From: Eledone cirrhosa
Taxonomy: Eukaryota
Length of the DNA: 64,000 nt
NCBI GenBank assembly: GCA_964016885.1
Contig: OZ024741.1
Span: 66,154,001 to 66,218,000 of the forward strand
Reading direction: 5' to 3'
The position numbers were made by a program, and so were the translations under genes. Of this stretch, positions 1-14,240 are shown piece by piece. Position 1 is the first letter of the stretch, and the number at the start of each line of letters is the position of its first letter. The notes beneath the pieces are model-generated. The model did not search any database, was not told the DNA's origin, and was given only the letters and a program-made list of their open reading frames with translations.

Positions 1-331
1 ACCCCCACCCCATCCACACCACCCCATTCTATGTAAAGTTATGTTGGTGCCGCGCCATCCAGGCCGAAACAAATGAGATCGTGTAGGTGTCACGACAAAA
101 AAACACACAGTCCACGCTGTAATGTGGCCGTGTAGGCAACACGGTAAAAACCTCCCAGACCCACACTGTAAATGTGGTTGGTGTTAGGAAGGGCATCCAA
201 CTGTAGAAAACCAGCCAGACAGTCCTATGCGAGCAAGACAATCACTCTTGCCTCAAGTGGGACTACCCCCGTCCAAACCCATGCAAGCGTGGAACACGGA
301 CGTTAAACGTTGATGATGATGATGATGATGA
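1..331 (+). mobile_element. RTE LINE family A, 3' UTR end with (GAT)n tail
   Basis: Near-identical to the 3' UTR at 21310-21696; ends CCATGCAAGCGTGGAACACGGACGTTAAACG(TTG)(ATG)n, followed by (TA)n. Confidence 0.9.
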
Positions 332-639
332 TATATATATATATGTATGTATGTGTATATATGTGTATATATATATGTATGTATATGTATATATATATAT
401 GTATGTATATGTATATGTATATATGTATGTATATGTATGTATATGGGTATATTTATGTATATATCTATATATATATATATGTGTGTGTATATGTGTGTAT
501 ATGTATGTATACTTATATGTGTGTGTGTATGTATATGTGTATATGTGTATTTGTATGTCTGTGTATGCGTATATATATATATATATTGTTCCAGACCCAT
601 GCTAGCGTGAAAAAGGGACGTTAAACGATGATGATAATA

Positions 640-900
640 TCATCATCATCATCACCATTTTACGTCCGTTCTTCCACGCTAGCATGGGTTAGACGGGTTG
701 TCCTGTTGTGGGCAGTGTCTGGTCGGCTGACCTTGTCTTGCTCATACAAGAACTGATTCTAGCTTGATTTCTACAGCTGGATGCCCTTCCTAACACCAAC
801 CTCATTTACAGTGAGTGCTGGGTGCTTTGTGCCTACATGTCCACTTTACAGTGTGGGCTGGGTGTTTTTTTGCCGTGGCACCTCCACGACCACCTTGCAG
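640..900 (-). mobile_element. Non-autonomous RTE-derived SINE-like element (48-bp unit + GGAAGGGCATCC motif + RTE 3' tail)
   Basis: Reverse-strand GGTGTTAGGAAGGGCATCCAGCTGTAGAAA and CCATGCTAGCGTGGAAG..GGACGTAAA(ATG)n end; related copies near 5198-5390, 10780-11000, 31560-31830, 47870-48150 and 60270-60545. Confidence 0.75.
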
Positions 901-932
901 TGGGGGGTGTGGGGGCATATTGTCTATATGCT

Positions 933-1450
933 TCAGCTTGTACCCATGGGAGGTCGGGTACTCTGTATTACTGCGTGACGCCAGAGGTCACGGTCGTGTG
1001 TCATCGCCTTTGAGAGTTGTAATTGGGTAAGGTCGGCTTTTATCACCTCATCACAGGTCATCTTGGGTCTCCCCACTCCGCGGTTTCCATCGACTTCTAG
1101 TGCTCTGCACCTTTTTATGCAGCTGTCATCCTTCATACGCATCACATGTCCATACCAACGCAACCGCTTCTCCTGGACACAGCATTTGATTCCTCTTATG
1201 CTCAGTCTCTCTCTCAATTCATTTATGCTTTGTCGTTCGCGTATATTACTATTACACATCCATCGGAGCATGCAGGCTTCATTTCTCTCTAATCTACATA
1301 AGTCTTCCACTTTCAGCACCCAGGTCTCACTACCATGCAACATCGCTGTTCGGATACAGGCATCATACAGTCTGCCTTTCATTTTGAGGGAGAAGCCTTT
1401 TGCAGCTAGCAGTGGTAGTAGTTCCCTAAACTTCTTCCATCCCGTTCTTA
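933..1450 (-). pseudogene. 5'-truncated RTE LINE fragment (RT C-terminal region)
   Basis: [14 protein letters not shown]...[10 protein letters not shown]...GRPKMT peptide; truncation abuts (TA)n. Confidence 0.9.
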
Positions 1451-1601
1451 ATATATATATATATATATATATGTGTGTATGTGTGTGTTTATATATGTAT
1501 ATATATATATATGTATATATGTGTATATGTATGTGTATATATGTGTGTATGTGTATATATATATGTGTATATATATGTGTATATATGTGTATATATGTGT
1601 A

Positions 1602-1668
<67 letters not shown>

Positions 1669-1764
1669 AGGAGGTGAGTTTTATTGTACCACAATAAAGC
1701 AATGCAAATATTGGATAAGTAGCACTCCACAGTTGTAGGACTGGAGTATAAATAATATAAGATC

Positions 1765-1885
1765 AAAAGATGGTTAAAAGAGTTCCAAGTATTTTATTAA
1801 AACAAATATCACCATGGGATGATATCTGCCTTTTCATCAGATAAAATATGGATACATGATATGAAGCTTAAAAAACACTTGTGAA
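1765..1885 (-). mobile_element. Penelope-like pseudo-LTR remnant with degenerate hammerhead
   Basis: Minus strand TATTTTAT-CTGATGA, hairpin CAGATATCA/TGATATTTG, then AATAAAATA; GAAA/stem III is missing; same family as 18801-18975. Confidence 0.55.
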
Positions 1886-1940
1886 TAGTGAAGTTTTAAA
1901 TCAACATATCATGTTATATATGTATATATGTATGTATATG

Positions 1941-2019
<79 letters not shown>

Positions 2020-2021
<2 letters not shown>

Positions 2022-2627
2022 GTCAGGTCACCAGTTGGTGCTACTGGTAACATGTATCCAAGTACAACCTGTCTCATGGTCGGGTCGTTGGCGACTAAAC
2101 TGGCAACCCCACCAAGGTTTCTTGGTGAGGAGGGTGACTTTGGACATTCTGCAGGACTAAAAACAAAACCTGTCAAAGGGCAAAGGAGCTCTTAAGAGTC
2201 AATGGCCATCCAAAATCACCGGGACAGATGACCCCTTAGCCTTTGTCAAGGCAGAATTCTAGGAGAAGGAAAACTCTGATATAACACCGGCAACCCTGAT
2301 GGTATCCAATGATGTTGACTTATTCTTCTTTTTGGTAAATATCATCTTGGTTAAGAGAGTGGGACTGGCTTTGTGCAGTGCCTTTGCTCACTATAAAAGC
2401 TTCACAGCACAGGCATTGCTTTATATCTGGAGATCTCTCTGCACTTGTCGTCACATGGTACCATGGTCCCAGCACTATGTGTCAGTAATTGTCACAAGTG
2501 TAGTGTTTGTACCAGAGTTTTCAAGTCCCTGGCTGGACTAAAAAGTCACACTCGTTCAGCGCATCGGTAGGGGTTCTCCTACATGGATATAAAGTAGTGG
2601 CCGTACTCGAAAACGAGTTGGCAGCCA

Positions 2628-2630
<3 letters not shown>
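2020..2630 (+). mobile_element. Bipartite (internally deleted) non-autonomous RTE/BovB-type element, copy 1
   Basis: RTE-type 5' UTR motif CTAGGAGAAGGAAAACTCTGA; 3' part encodes C2H2 finger [23 protein letters not shown]; flanked by (TA)n; near-identical inverted copy at 36007-36617. Confidence 0.75.
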
Positions 2631-2687
<57 letters not shown>

Positions 2688-2831
2688 GTGTGTATATATA
2701 TGCATATGTGTATGTGTGTATCTGTATATATGTGTATATATATATGTGTGTATATATGTATGTATATGTATGTGTATGTGTGTGTATGTGTGTATATATA
2801 TGTATATATGTATGTATAAGTGTATATATAT

Positions 2832-3348
2832 ATCATCATCATCATCGTTTAACGTCCATGTTCCACGCTTGCATGGGTTTGGACGGGAGTTTTCCCACTT
2901 GAGGCAAGAGTGGTTGTCTTGCTCGCATAGGACTGTCTGGCGGGTTTTCTACAGCTGGATGCCCTTCCTAACACCAACCACATTTACAGTGTGGGACTGG
3001 GAGGTTTTTACCGTGTTGCCTACACGGCCACATTACAGCGTGGACTGTGTGTTTTTTGTCGTGACACCTACACGATCACATTTGTTTCGGCCTGGATGTT
3101 GTGGCACCAACATAACTTTACATTGAAAGGGGCGGTGTGGATGGGGTGTGTGTGGGGGGGGGGGGGGGGGGGGGGGGGGGCTTATTTTGTTAGAGATGCC
3201 TACTGACTGTAGTAGGTTTTACTTTGTATTTAGGTAAGGCGGGTCTTCTCTATTACTGAGTACCGCCAAAGGTCTCGGTCCAGTGACATTGTCTTGGAGA
3301 AGTGTAAGTGTGTGAGGTCGGAATTTATCAGCTCGTCCCAGGTTTTTC
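2832..3348 (-). mobile_element. RTE family A 3' fragment
   Basis: (ATC)n tail, full 3' UTR and last ~40 codons; (TA)/(TG)n on both sides. Confidence 0.9.
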
Positions 3349-3730
3349 TATATATATGTGTGTGTGTATGTATGTGTATATATGTTATATATATATATGT
3401 GTATGTATGTGTGTATGTTTATGTGTGTATATGTATGTATATATACATATGTGTATATATATATGTGTATGTATATATATATGTATGTATATAAATATAT
3501 ATATATAGTAAAAAATTGAACGGGAACAAAACAGAGGGGCAGTACGAACAAAGGTTTATTTGTTTCACGCTCTTGAGAGTGGGGTGGTGGTGGGGAACTT
3601 TTTTCACGCTCTTGAGAATGGGGTATATGTATATATATATATATGTATGTATGTATATATATATGTATAAATGTGTATATATATATATATATGTGTATAT
3701 ATATATATATTTATATATATATATATAAGT

Positions 3731-5123
3731 CTATAACAGAGGACTTCAAGACCGGCTGCCCATGGGAACTCCTATATGCAGATGATCTAACGCTCATAGC
3801 TGAATCAATGGCTGAACTAGAGAAGAAATTCCAAACATGGAAGCATGGCCTAGAATCAAAAGGCCTTAAAGTTAACTTGTCTAAGACTAAAGTTCTAGTT
3901 TGTAGGAAGGAAAATAGGGCACTGGTCCCATCTGGGAAATGGCCATGCTCATTGTGTAGGAAAGGAGTAGGTAGAAACTCCATTTTATGTCCCAAATGCA
4001 AAGTATGGGTACATAAAAGATGTAGTGGGATCACAGGTAAGCTAACTAAGAATATAGATTATATATATGGCCGGTGCTCTGGTGCAATAAGTAGTAGCAA
4101 GTGCCCACAGAATACTAGCTCATTCCATTGCACAGATGGTTCTATAGAAATAGTGGAGAGCTTCCGTTACCTGGGTGACAAAATCAGCAGTGGGGGAGGG
4201 TGCTCTGAAAGTACAGTAGCTAGAGTCAGAACGGGATGGAAAAAGTTCAGAGAGCTTATACCACTATTGGCCGCTAAAGGGTTCTCTCTAAAAATGAAAG
4301 GCAGGCTGTATGATCCCTGCATACGAACAGCAATGTTACATGGCAGTGAGACCTGGGCATTGTGTGCAGGGGATATACGCAGACTGAAGAGAAACGAAGC
4401 TTGCATGCTCCATTGGATATGTTATAGTAATATACGTGAACGGCAAAGCATAAACGAACTAAGGGAGAAATTAGGAATAAGAGGGATCAGATGTTGTTTA
4501 CTCGAGAGAAGACTACGTTGGTATGGTCACGTGATGCGCATGAAAGACGACAGCTGTATAAAAACGTGCAGGGCAATAAAAATAGACGGTAGCCACGGAG
4601 TAGGCAGACCCAGAAAAACCTGGGACGACTTGATAAATTCCGACCTCACACACTTACACCTCTCCATGATGTCACTGGACCGAGATCTTTGTCGCTACAC
4701 AGTAATAGAGAAGACCCGCCTTACCTAAGTGCAAAGTGAAACCTACTACAGTCAGTAGGCACCTCTAACAAAATACACCCCCGTCCCACTACTCCCACCC
4801 CATCCACACCACCCCTTTCAATGTAAAGTTATGTTGGTACCACAACATCCAGCCCGAAACAAATGAGGTCGTGTAGGTGTCACGACAAAAAAAACACCCA
4901 GTCCACGCTGTAATGTGGCCGTGTAGGTAACACGGTAAAAACCTCCCAGTTCCACACTGTAAATGTGGTTGGTGTTAGGAAGGGCATCCAGCCGTAGAAA
5001 ACCCGCCAGACAGTCCTATGCGAGCAAGACAACCACTCTTGCCTCAAGTGGGAAAACTCCCGTCCAAACCCATGCAAGCGTGGAATATGGACGTTAAACG
5101 ATGATGTTGATGATGATGATGAT
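3731..5123 (+). mobile_element. 5'-truncated RTE family A copy (YADD, PHD-like finger, C-terminus, 3' UTR)
   Basis: ORF part ITEDFKTGCPWELLYADDL...EKTRLT, 3' UTR and (GAT)n tail. Confidence 0.93.
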
Positions 5124-5197
5124 ATATATATGTATATATATATATATGTGTATATATATATGTATATATATATGTGTAGAAATGTGTAGAAATGAGA

Positions 5198-5390
5198 TGA
5201 TAGGGACTGGGGTCCCTATCATTCCACTGCAAAGTGGTCGTGGAGGTGCCACAGCAAAAAAAAGCACCCAGCACTCACTGTAAATGAGGTTGGTGTTAGG
5301 AAGGGCATCCAGCTGTAGAAATCAAGCCAGAATCAGTTCCCGTCCCACCCTTGCAAGCAGGGAAAAGTGGACGTAAAATGAAATGAATGA
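5198..5390 (+). mobile_element. Short non-autonomous element ending in the RTE family B 3' terminus
   Basis: 48-bp unit and GGAAGGGCATCC motif joined to CCGTCCCACCCTTGCAAGCAGGGAAAAGTGGACGTAAAATG, matching 47031-47071. Confidence 0.75.
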
Positions 5391-5395
5391 AAAAT

Positions 5396-5464
<69 letters not shown>

Positions 5465-5465
<1 letters not shown>

Positions 5466-8400
5466 TCATCATCATCATCAACGTTTAACGTCCGTGTTCC
5501 ACGCTTGCATGGGTTTGGACGGGGGTTTTCCCACTTGAGGCAAGAGTGATTGTCTTGCTCGCATAGGACTGTCTGGCAGGTTTTCTACAGTTGGATGCCC
5601 TTCCTAACACCAACCACATTTACAGTGTGGGGCTGGGAGGTTTTTACCGTGTTGCCTACACGGCCACATTACAGCGTGGACTGTGTGTTTTTTTGTCGTG
5701 ACACCTACACGATCTCATTTGTTTCGGCCTGGATGGCGCGGCACCAACATAACTTTACATAGAATGGGGTGGTGTGGATGGGGTGGGGGTGGTGGGACGG
5801 GGTGTATTTTGTTAGAGATGCCTACTGGCTGGAGTAGGTTTTACTATATATTTAGGTAAGGCGGGTCTTCTCTGTTACTGAGTACCGCCAAAGGTCTCGG
5901 TCCAGTGACATTGTCTTGGAGAGGTGTAAGTGTGTGATGTCAGAGTTTATCAGCTCGTCCCAGGTTTTTCTAGGTCTGCCTATTCCGTGGCTACCGTCTA
6001 TCTTTATTGCCCTGCACTTTGTTATACAGCTATCGACTTTCATGCGCATCACGTGTCCATACCAACGTAGCCTTCTCTCGAGTAAACAACATCTGATCCC
6101 TCTTATTTCTAATTTTTTCCTTAGTTCGTTTATGCTTTGCCGTTCACGTATATTACTATTACACATCCAGCAGAGCATGCAAGCTTCGTTCCTCTCTAGT
6201 CTGCGTATATCCTCTGCACACAATGCCCAGGTCTCACTGCCATGCAACATTGCTGTCCGTATGCAGGCATCATACAACCTGCCTTTCATTTTTAGGGAGA
6301 ACCCTTTAGCGGCTAATAGTGGTATAAGCTCTCTGAACTTTTTCCATCCAGTTCTGACTCTAGCTACTGTACTTTCAGAGCACCCTCCCCCACTGCTGAT
6401 TTTGTCACCCAGGTAGCGGAAGCTGTCCACTATTTCTATAGAGCCCTCTGCGCAGTTGAAAGAGCTAGTATTTTGTGGGCACTTGCTGCTACTTATTGCA
6501 CCAGAGCACCGGCCACATGTGAAATCTATGTTCTTAGTTAGCTTACCTGTGATCCCACTACATCTTTTATGCACCCATACTTTGCATTTCTGACACAAAA
6601 TGGAGTTTCTACCTACGCCTTTCCTACACACTGAGCATGGTCACTTCCCGGAAGGGTCCGCCACCTTATTTTCTTTCCTACAAACTAAAACTTTGGTCTT
6701 AGCCAGGTTAATTTTAAGGCCTTTTGATTCTAGGCCGTGCTTCCATGTTTGGAATTTCTTCTCTAGCTCGGCCATTGATTCAGCTATGAGTGTTAGGTCA
6801 TCTGCGTATAGGAGTTCCCATGGGCAGCCGGTCTTGAACTCCTCTGGTATAGCCTGAAGGGCAATAATAAATAGTAGGGGGCTGAGAACAGAGCCCTGAT
6901 GGACGCCAACTTTTACGCTAAACTCTTCACTATATTCGTTGTTAATTCTAACCTTGCTGACTGTTTCTTTATACATGGCTTGTATAGCTCTCACAAGCCA
7001 TTCGTCGACACCTAGTTTTCTAAGAGCCCACCAGATAATGGAACGGGGGACTCTGTCGAAGGCTTTCTCCAAGTCGACAAAAGCTAAGTATAGGGGTTTA
7101 CTTTTAGCTAGGTACTACTCCTGTAGTTGTCGTACAATGAAAAGAGCGTCTGTGGTACTTTTTCCTGACACAAACCCGAACTGCATTTCATCTAGGTCAA
7201 TTCTTTCTCTGATTAGTTGCGCTATTACTTTTTCCGTGACCTTCATGACCTGGTCGATTAATTTAATGCCTCTATAGTTACTCCTATCTAGGGCATCTCC
7301 TTTACCCTTAACTATCCGGGTGACCATGGTGTGTCCATCCCGCCATATTTTCCAAGCCTGCTTTTTGGCCTTAATTGACCCCTCCACCTTACTGTTCCAC
7401 CACCATGTTACTCTCCTCCTGCCTACAAGCCTGCTCCAGCCACAGACTTCATCTGCCGCCATCAGCAGGTTTGCTTTCAGGAATTCCCACTGCTCCTCTA
7501 TATTGTACGACTCTAATTGCTCTTCCTTACTGTCGAAAGCATCAAGAAGTATGCTTTTAAATTTATTTCTGGCTGTGGGGTCCTTTAGCTTCCATATTTT
7601 TCTCCTGAGGATAGTCCTCTTCTGTTGTCTAGTACGTCTCGTCCTGACTATTAGGTCGCTAATTATCAGTCTATATTGGGAGGTGCATTCTTCGTGGGGG
7701 AGGGATTTAGTGTTTACAACGGACACTCTGTCACGTCTTCTGGTAAGGATATAATCTACCTGGCTTGTGTGTTCCCCGGATCTATAGGTGATCAGGTGAT
7801 TGTCACGTTTTTTGAAGTTAGTGTTACAGATAGTTAGGTTATTTGCGTCACCGAATTCCAGGATTCTGGAGCCTTCCTCATTTCTAGTACCGAACCCATA
7901 GCCTCCATGGATTTCGTCGTAGCCGTCGCAATGTTGTCTAACGTGACCATTTAGGTCGCTTGCAATAATTATATAGTCACTGTCGGTTATTTGGTAGGTA
8001 GTGAGCATCAGTGTCTCATAGAATCTGTTTTTTATAGTGCCGGGCAGTCCGGATTGGGGTGCGTACGCAGATATTACTGTCACCGTAGTTCTATTGAGGA
8101 CAAGTCTTATTTTAATTATTCTGTCGTTCACTCTATTTCCGTCTATTATCTTATCTGCCCACTTTTCTGCTACCATGATTCCTACTCCACCCAGCCCATC
8201 GTCATTTCCCACCCAGAAAAGCTTATAGCATCGTTTTTTACCCTCAATGAATCTAGCAGATCCCCCCCCCCTCCACCTGGTCTCTTGAATACAACAAACA
8301 TTGACCTCCTTACGTTCGAGCATTTCTACAACCTCGTTAGAGCGACCCTTTAAGGTGCCTACACTCATGGTACCAACTCTGAAGTTTTGGATTGCGTTTG

Positions 8401-9180
8401 GAGGGTGGGAGCGGTGGGGAGCGGGGGGAGATGGGGTTATGTTAGCCATCCGTGGCCGAAACAAAGAGGAGTGCTCGCATTCTCGTCCACGAGGTGAATT
8501 TGTCTTTATCTTTGGCATTGTCGCTGAGCGTCCAGATTTTTCTCTCTTCCACTCTCCAGAATTCCGTAGTCCATCCATCCATCATATATCGAAAGGCAAC
8601 CAGGCAAGCGATAGTATAGGCCTCTGGCTTATGATTGGTCCACGTAATAATAATGGTGGTGCGTGGGGGTGGGAGGGAGGGGTGTTGGGTAGTTAGCTAG
8701 AAGGTAAGGATTGAATGAGGTCCTCGTATTTAACAAGCGATAACAAAAATACAAGATTTGTTCTGTTCAATATGACAAAAACCCTCGTATTTAACAAGCA
8801 ATAACAAAAAAATACAGATTTGTTTTAGGAATACGACAACTACATTAGGATTTGGCAAGATTGGAGGTTTGGACTGGGTACGAATGGAGTGTGGAAATGG
8901 TAGAAAAATGTGTACATGATATACCGTGAAGAAGCAGCGATGAATTTGGCGAATGTGATTTACTTGAAGGGTTTATCTTATATATATATAGATAGAGAGG
9001 GAGAGAGAGAGAGAGAGAGATGGGGGGGGGGGATAGGTTTGGCCGCATGATGTAGATATTGGGGTGGCTGACCGCGAAACCCTCATGAAGTAGAGGGAGG
9101 GGGCGAAGATAGTAGGAGCGGGAGTTTAGAGTTTTTGAAGTAACAAATATATTTAAAAGAATTTATAAGAAGAAGAAGGA
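5465..9180 (-). mobile_element. Near full-length, disabled RTE family A (APE endonuclease + RT)
   Basis: ORF pieces 8578-7115 (APE: CIQETRW, SAYAPQ, DLNGH, VDYIL), 7072-6641 (YADD) and 6631-5852; premature stop, frameshift and two internal deletions; 5' end approximate. Confidence 0.92.
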
Positions 9181-9365
9181 TTATATATATATATATAAAG
9201 AATTAGTATATTTACTAACATATATATACAGATGCATACCTATGCCAGCAAATATATAGGTTTTGTCTTAGTAACTTTGTGGTTCAATGCATGGGGATGC
9301 AGAACAATAATATGCGAGACGTAAAATAAGAAAATTATAAAAATTAACTTACTTACTAAAATTTC

Positions 9366-9447
9366 ACTCCAACTAATTAGTTTCTGAAAGGGAATAAACG
9401 TAGTTTCCGAAGAAACGTACGGAGAAGCCTTTCGTCATCAGGGAAGT
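9366..9447 (-). ncRNA. Type I hammerhead ribozyme candidate in a Penelope-like pseudo-LTR
   Basis: Minus strand ACTTCC-CTGATGA-(C)GAAAGG...CCTTTC(A)-GAAA-CTAATTAG-TT-GGAGT, with palindromic stem III; partial inverted copy at 9563-9680. Confidence 0.7.
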
Positions 9448-9692
9448 CTATTCACAGCTAAGTTTCCAGGCAATACGTGGACACAGGGAACTTATACAAA
9501 AATAATTCAGTGGATGGAAAAAAGCAAAGCGTGGACTAAGTTCCAAGCCATTGAAAAAATCACTTCTCCGTACATTTCTTCGGAAACTACGTTTATTCCC
9601 TTTCAGAAACTAATTAGTTGGAGTGAAATTTTAGTAAGTAAGTTAATTTTTATCATTTTCTTATTTTACGCCTCTCATATATATATATATAT

Positions 9693-10026
9693 ATTATCTT
9701 CGTTTTTTCATTCATTGCCAGAGAACGTCTCTATGAACCACCTAAGAGAACATTAGTCTACGACCTCTTTTATACCATAAACGTGGTTCTGTCTTTGCGC
9801 GTAATTGTTTTTCACCGCTCCTATTAATGACGTATTATCCGTTTTTTCCCGTTCTTTGCCAGCGAACGTCACCATGAACCAAAGTATCGTCTTCCTGTCT
9901 TCCTCCGGTTGCAACGTTTTTTGAAATATCCAGTTCTGCGTTTACAGATTGACTTTGTTAGTTTCAGAAGATCCCGTTAAGGGTGAAAGCAGCGATTCTT
10001 TGCTTAAACTTTAATCTGTTATTTTA

Positions 10027-10034
<8 letters not shown>
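9693..10034. repeat. Interspersed repeat, inverted copy at 32705-33125
   Basis: Over 300 bp of clear reverse-complement similarity, e.g. GAAGATCCCGTTAAGGGTGAAAGCAGCGATTCTTTGC. Confidence 0.8.
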
Positions 10035-10062
<28 letters not shown>

Positions 10063-10656
10063 GTGTGTGTGTATGTGAATGTGTCTGTTGACACCTGGAA
10101 TATAGCTTAAGAGAAATATGACAATAATGATAGACACCCAATATTTTGAACTGGTTTATAGAATTCTCTTGGCCTTTGTGACTAAGTAGAGCTTTAAAGA
10201 ATTAGCTTTTAAAGAATTAGCTTTTAAAGAATTTCCCTTTTCTTTAAATCCACCAACCATGACCGACCCACAACCATCTTATAGACACCTGAAATATAGG
10301 CATTGTTAGCTTAAGAGAAACTTAAAATAAGGAGTGGCACCCCATTCTGAACCTGTTTATAGAATCCTTTTTGCCTTTGTCACTCTAAATATAAACTATA
10401 GTCTTAAAGAATTAGCTTTTAATGAATTCCCCTTTTCTTTCAACCAATGACTTCCACCCATCCCATCTCCTACCACCTGAAAAGATATAAATACCACAAC
10501 ATTTATTTTTGGAAAGCCAGATTGCTGATGATTTCTAAAGTATGAAACAGTTCTAGTCCTGTAGAATCCCATCTATATTAAAACTTTTATACTCTGCTAT
10601 ATATTGAGTACCTTACTTACTCTGGTTACCTCCGATTCAACCCGGAATAACTTACC

Positions 10657-10765
<109 letters not shown>

Positions 10766-12144
10766 CATACACATACAAGTCCAACCCATGCAAGCATGGA
10801 AAAGCAGACATAAAACGATGATGATTATGATGACACACACGTTGTTGCTATAATAAAATACACCCAGTTCACTCTGTGAGATGGTAGTGATGGTGCCACA
10901 ATAAAATATTGCCATTCTACCATGTAAAGCAGATGAGCTGGTGTACAATAAAACACATCCAGCCCACTATGAAAGGTGGTTGTGATGGTACTATGATAAA
11001 ACTGTGACAACAACTACAATGACAACCGCAACAACAACACCAACTTTTACAACAACAATCAGGACAAATATAATGACAACAACAGCAACAACTATAATAA
11101 CAACAACTTTTATAATTTCAATAACTGAAAATTGCAACAAAAGAATACTGACCAAATTAAAGTCAGTTTCAGCCATGATAAGCAGATAACTCATCTCTGT
11201 CTTAATTGGCAGGCCAATTAATTATTTGTGCCATGTTTCATTACTCACATGTCCTTAGTGTTAATTATCTTTTGCACATAGTAACACATTACATATCATA
11301 CACTTTTATGAACATTATCATGGTTCCTGCATCCTCACTACCCACATACAGTCACACCCACATCTCATAATAACCATAACCCTGATGATGATGATGATCA
11401 CTACCATCATTTCAATACCACCAATGAACAGTTGTTGTACTGCCTGTTAGAAATAGCAGCCATATTCCCTCAAATCACATCCTCCCCTCCTATATCATTC
11501 AATTTATTAGATGATATAGTCCTGGGTTTCATGCATGTAAGATGGAAGTGATGGTGCCACAATTATTTGACAATTATAGACAGTCTTTTATTAGAAAAAT
11601 GATATGTAGCCTTATGATAAAAATGACTCTACATGTTCAGTCACCCTATTCAAAATAGAAACTAAATATCTATCAAATTACACCCTACTATATATAATGT
11701 GTCTCCATCCATGCATCACAATATGAACACCATTTGAAGCATGTGATGACCTTTGTTTATATCCCACATAAAAAAAATGTCCAATAGCTTAGTGGTTTGG
11801 TGAAGGTCCTAAATATGAATTGATATCAGGAAGGGTGCCCAACCATACAAAATTTGCCTCAAAAAAGGTCTCATCCAACCTATGGCAGCATGGAAAAACA
11901 GAAGTAAAGAATGAAAAAGAAAGAATTATATATAACAGGTTATGTGGTATTATAACCCAACACCACCCCACCATTCATTTCAGCCACTCACACCTACCCA
12001 TACACCCATACCTATCCATTAATAATCTCCTTGAAGACTTGAATAAAATCTATGAAGTCAACGTTGATGTCAGATCATATTACAAAATTAAAAAAATTAA
12101 ATTACAAGTCTGAAAAATAAAAACAATAGTTAAAAGTAGTAAAT

Positions 12145-14240
12145 CACCGTCACCACCACCATCACTATCACCACCATCATTGTCACCAACATCATCATCA
12201 TCATCACCATCATTATCATCACTATCAAAACACTAGTATCCTTTTAACATCACCACCACGCCACCATCACCACCATCACCCCCACCATCGTCACCATCAC
12301 CATTACCACTACAACCACCTACACCATCATCATCACCACCATCATCATCACCAACACCACTATCACCAACACCACCACCACCACCATCACCATCATCATT
12401 ATCATCACCAACACCACCACCATCACCGTCATCATTATCATCACCAACACCACCACCATCACCATCATTATCATCACCAACACCACCACCATTACCATCA
12501 CCATCACCACCATCATTATCATCACCAATACCACCACCATTACCATCACCATCACCATCATTATCATCACCAACACCACCACCATTACCATCACCATCAC
12601 CACCATCATTATCATCACCAAAACCACCACCATTACCATCATTATCATCACCAACACCATCACCATCACCACCATCATTATCATCACCAACACCACCACC
12701 ATTACCATCACCATCACCGTCATCATTATCATCACCAACACCACCACCATCACCATCATTATCATCACCAACACCACCACCATTACCATCACCATCACCA
12801 CCATCATTACCATCACCAAAACCACCACCATTACCATCACCATCACCACCATCATTACCATCACCAAAACCACCACCATTACCATCACCATCACCACCAT
12901 CATTATCATCACCAATACCACCACCATTACCATCACCATCACCACCATCATTATCATCACCAACACCACCACCATTACCATCACCATCACCACCATCATT
13001 ATCATCACCAAAACCACCACCATTACCACCACCATCATTATCATCACCAACACCACCACCATTACCATCACCATCACCACCATCATTACCATCACCAACA
13101 CCACCACCATTACCATCACCATCACCGTCATCATTATCATCACCAACACCACCACCATCACCATCATTATCATCACCAACACCACCACCATTACCATCAC
13201 CATCACCACCATCATTATCATCACCAACACCACCACCATTACCATCACCATCACCGTCATCATTATCATCACCAACACCACCACCATCACCATCATTATC
13301 ATCACCAACACCACCACCATTACCATCACCATCACCACCATCATTATCATCACCAACACCACCACCATTACCATCACCATCACCACCATCATTATCATCA
13401 CCAACACCACCACCATTACCATCACCATCACCACCATCATTATCATCACCAACACCACCACCATTACCATCACCATCACCATCATTATCATCACCAACAC
13501 CACCACCATCACCACCATCATTATCATCACCACCACCACTACCATCACCATCACCACCACCATTACCATCACCAACACCACCACCATTACCATCACCATC
13601 ACCACCACCATCACCACCATCATTATCATCACCAACACCACCATCATTCTCATCACCAACACCACCACCACCACCATCACCGTCATCATTATCATCACCA
13701 ACACTACCACCACCACCATCATCATTATCATCACCAACACCACCACCATTACCATCACCATCACCGTCATCATTATCATCACCAACACCACCATCATTAC
13801 CATCACCATCACCATCATTATCATCACCAACACCACCACCATTACCATCACCATCACCATCATTATCATCACCAACACCACCACCATTACCATCACCAAC
13901 ACCACCACCATTACCATCACCATCACCACCACCACTATCATCACCAACACCACCACCATTACCATCACCATCACCACCATCATTACCATCACTATCACCA
14001 CCATCATTATCATCACCATCATCACCACCACTAACACCACCATCATTACCATCACCATCACCACCATCACCACCACCACCACCATCATCACCACCACTAA
14101 CACCACCATCACCACCATCACCACCACCACCACCATCACCATCACCACCATCATCACCACCACCAACACCACCACCACCACCATTACCATCACCGTCATC
14201 ATTATCATCACTATCAAAACACTAGTATCCTTTTAACACC
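12145..14240. repeat. Cryptic (CAC/CAT)n trinucleotide satellite with higher-order units
   Basis: Recurrent ATCATTATCATCACCAACACCACCACCATTACC; bounded by a direct repeat ATCACTATCAAAACACTAGTATCCTTTTAACA; the 632-aa V/M ORF is an artefact. Confidence 0.95.

Noticed and set aside
9960-10000. Hammerhead-like CAGAAGA-TCCC..GGGT-GAAA
   Set aside because: Core is CAGAAGA in both copies and there is no stem III/UH site
12319-14217. 632-aa V/M ORF or His-rich protein on the opposite strand
   Set aside because: Trinucleotide satellite that lacks stops by composition; no splice or domain evidence
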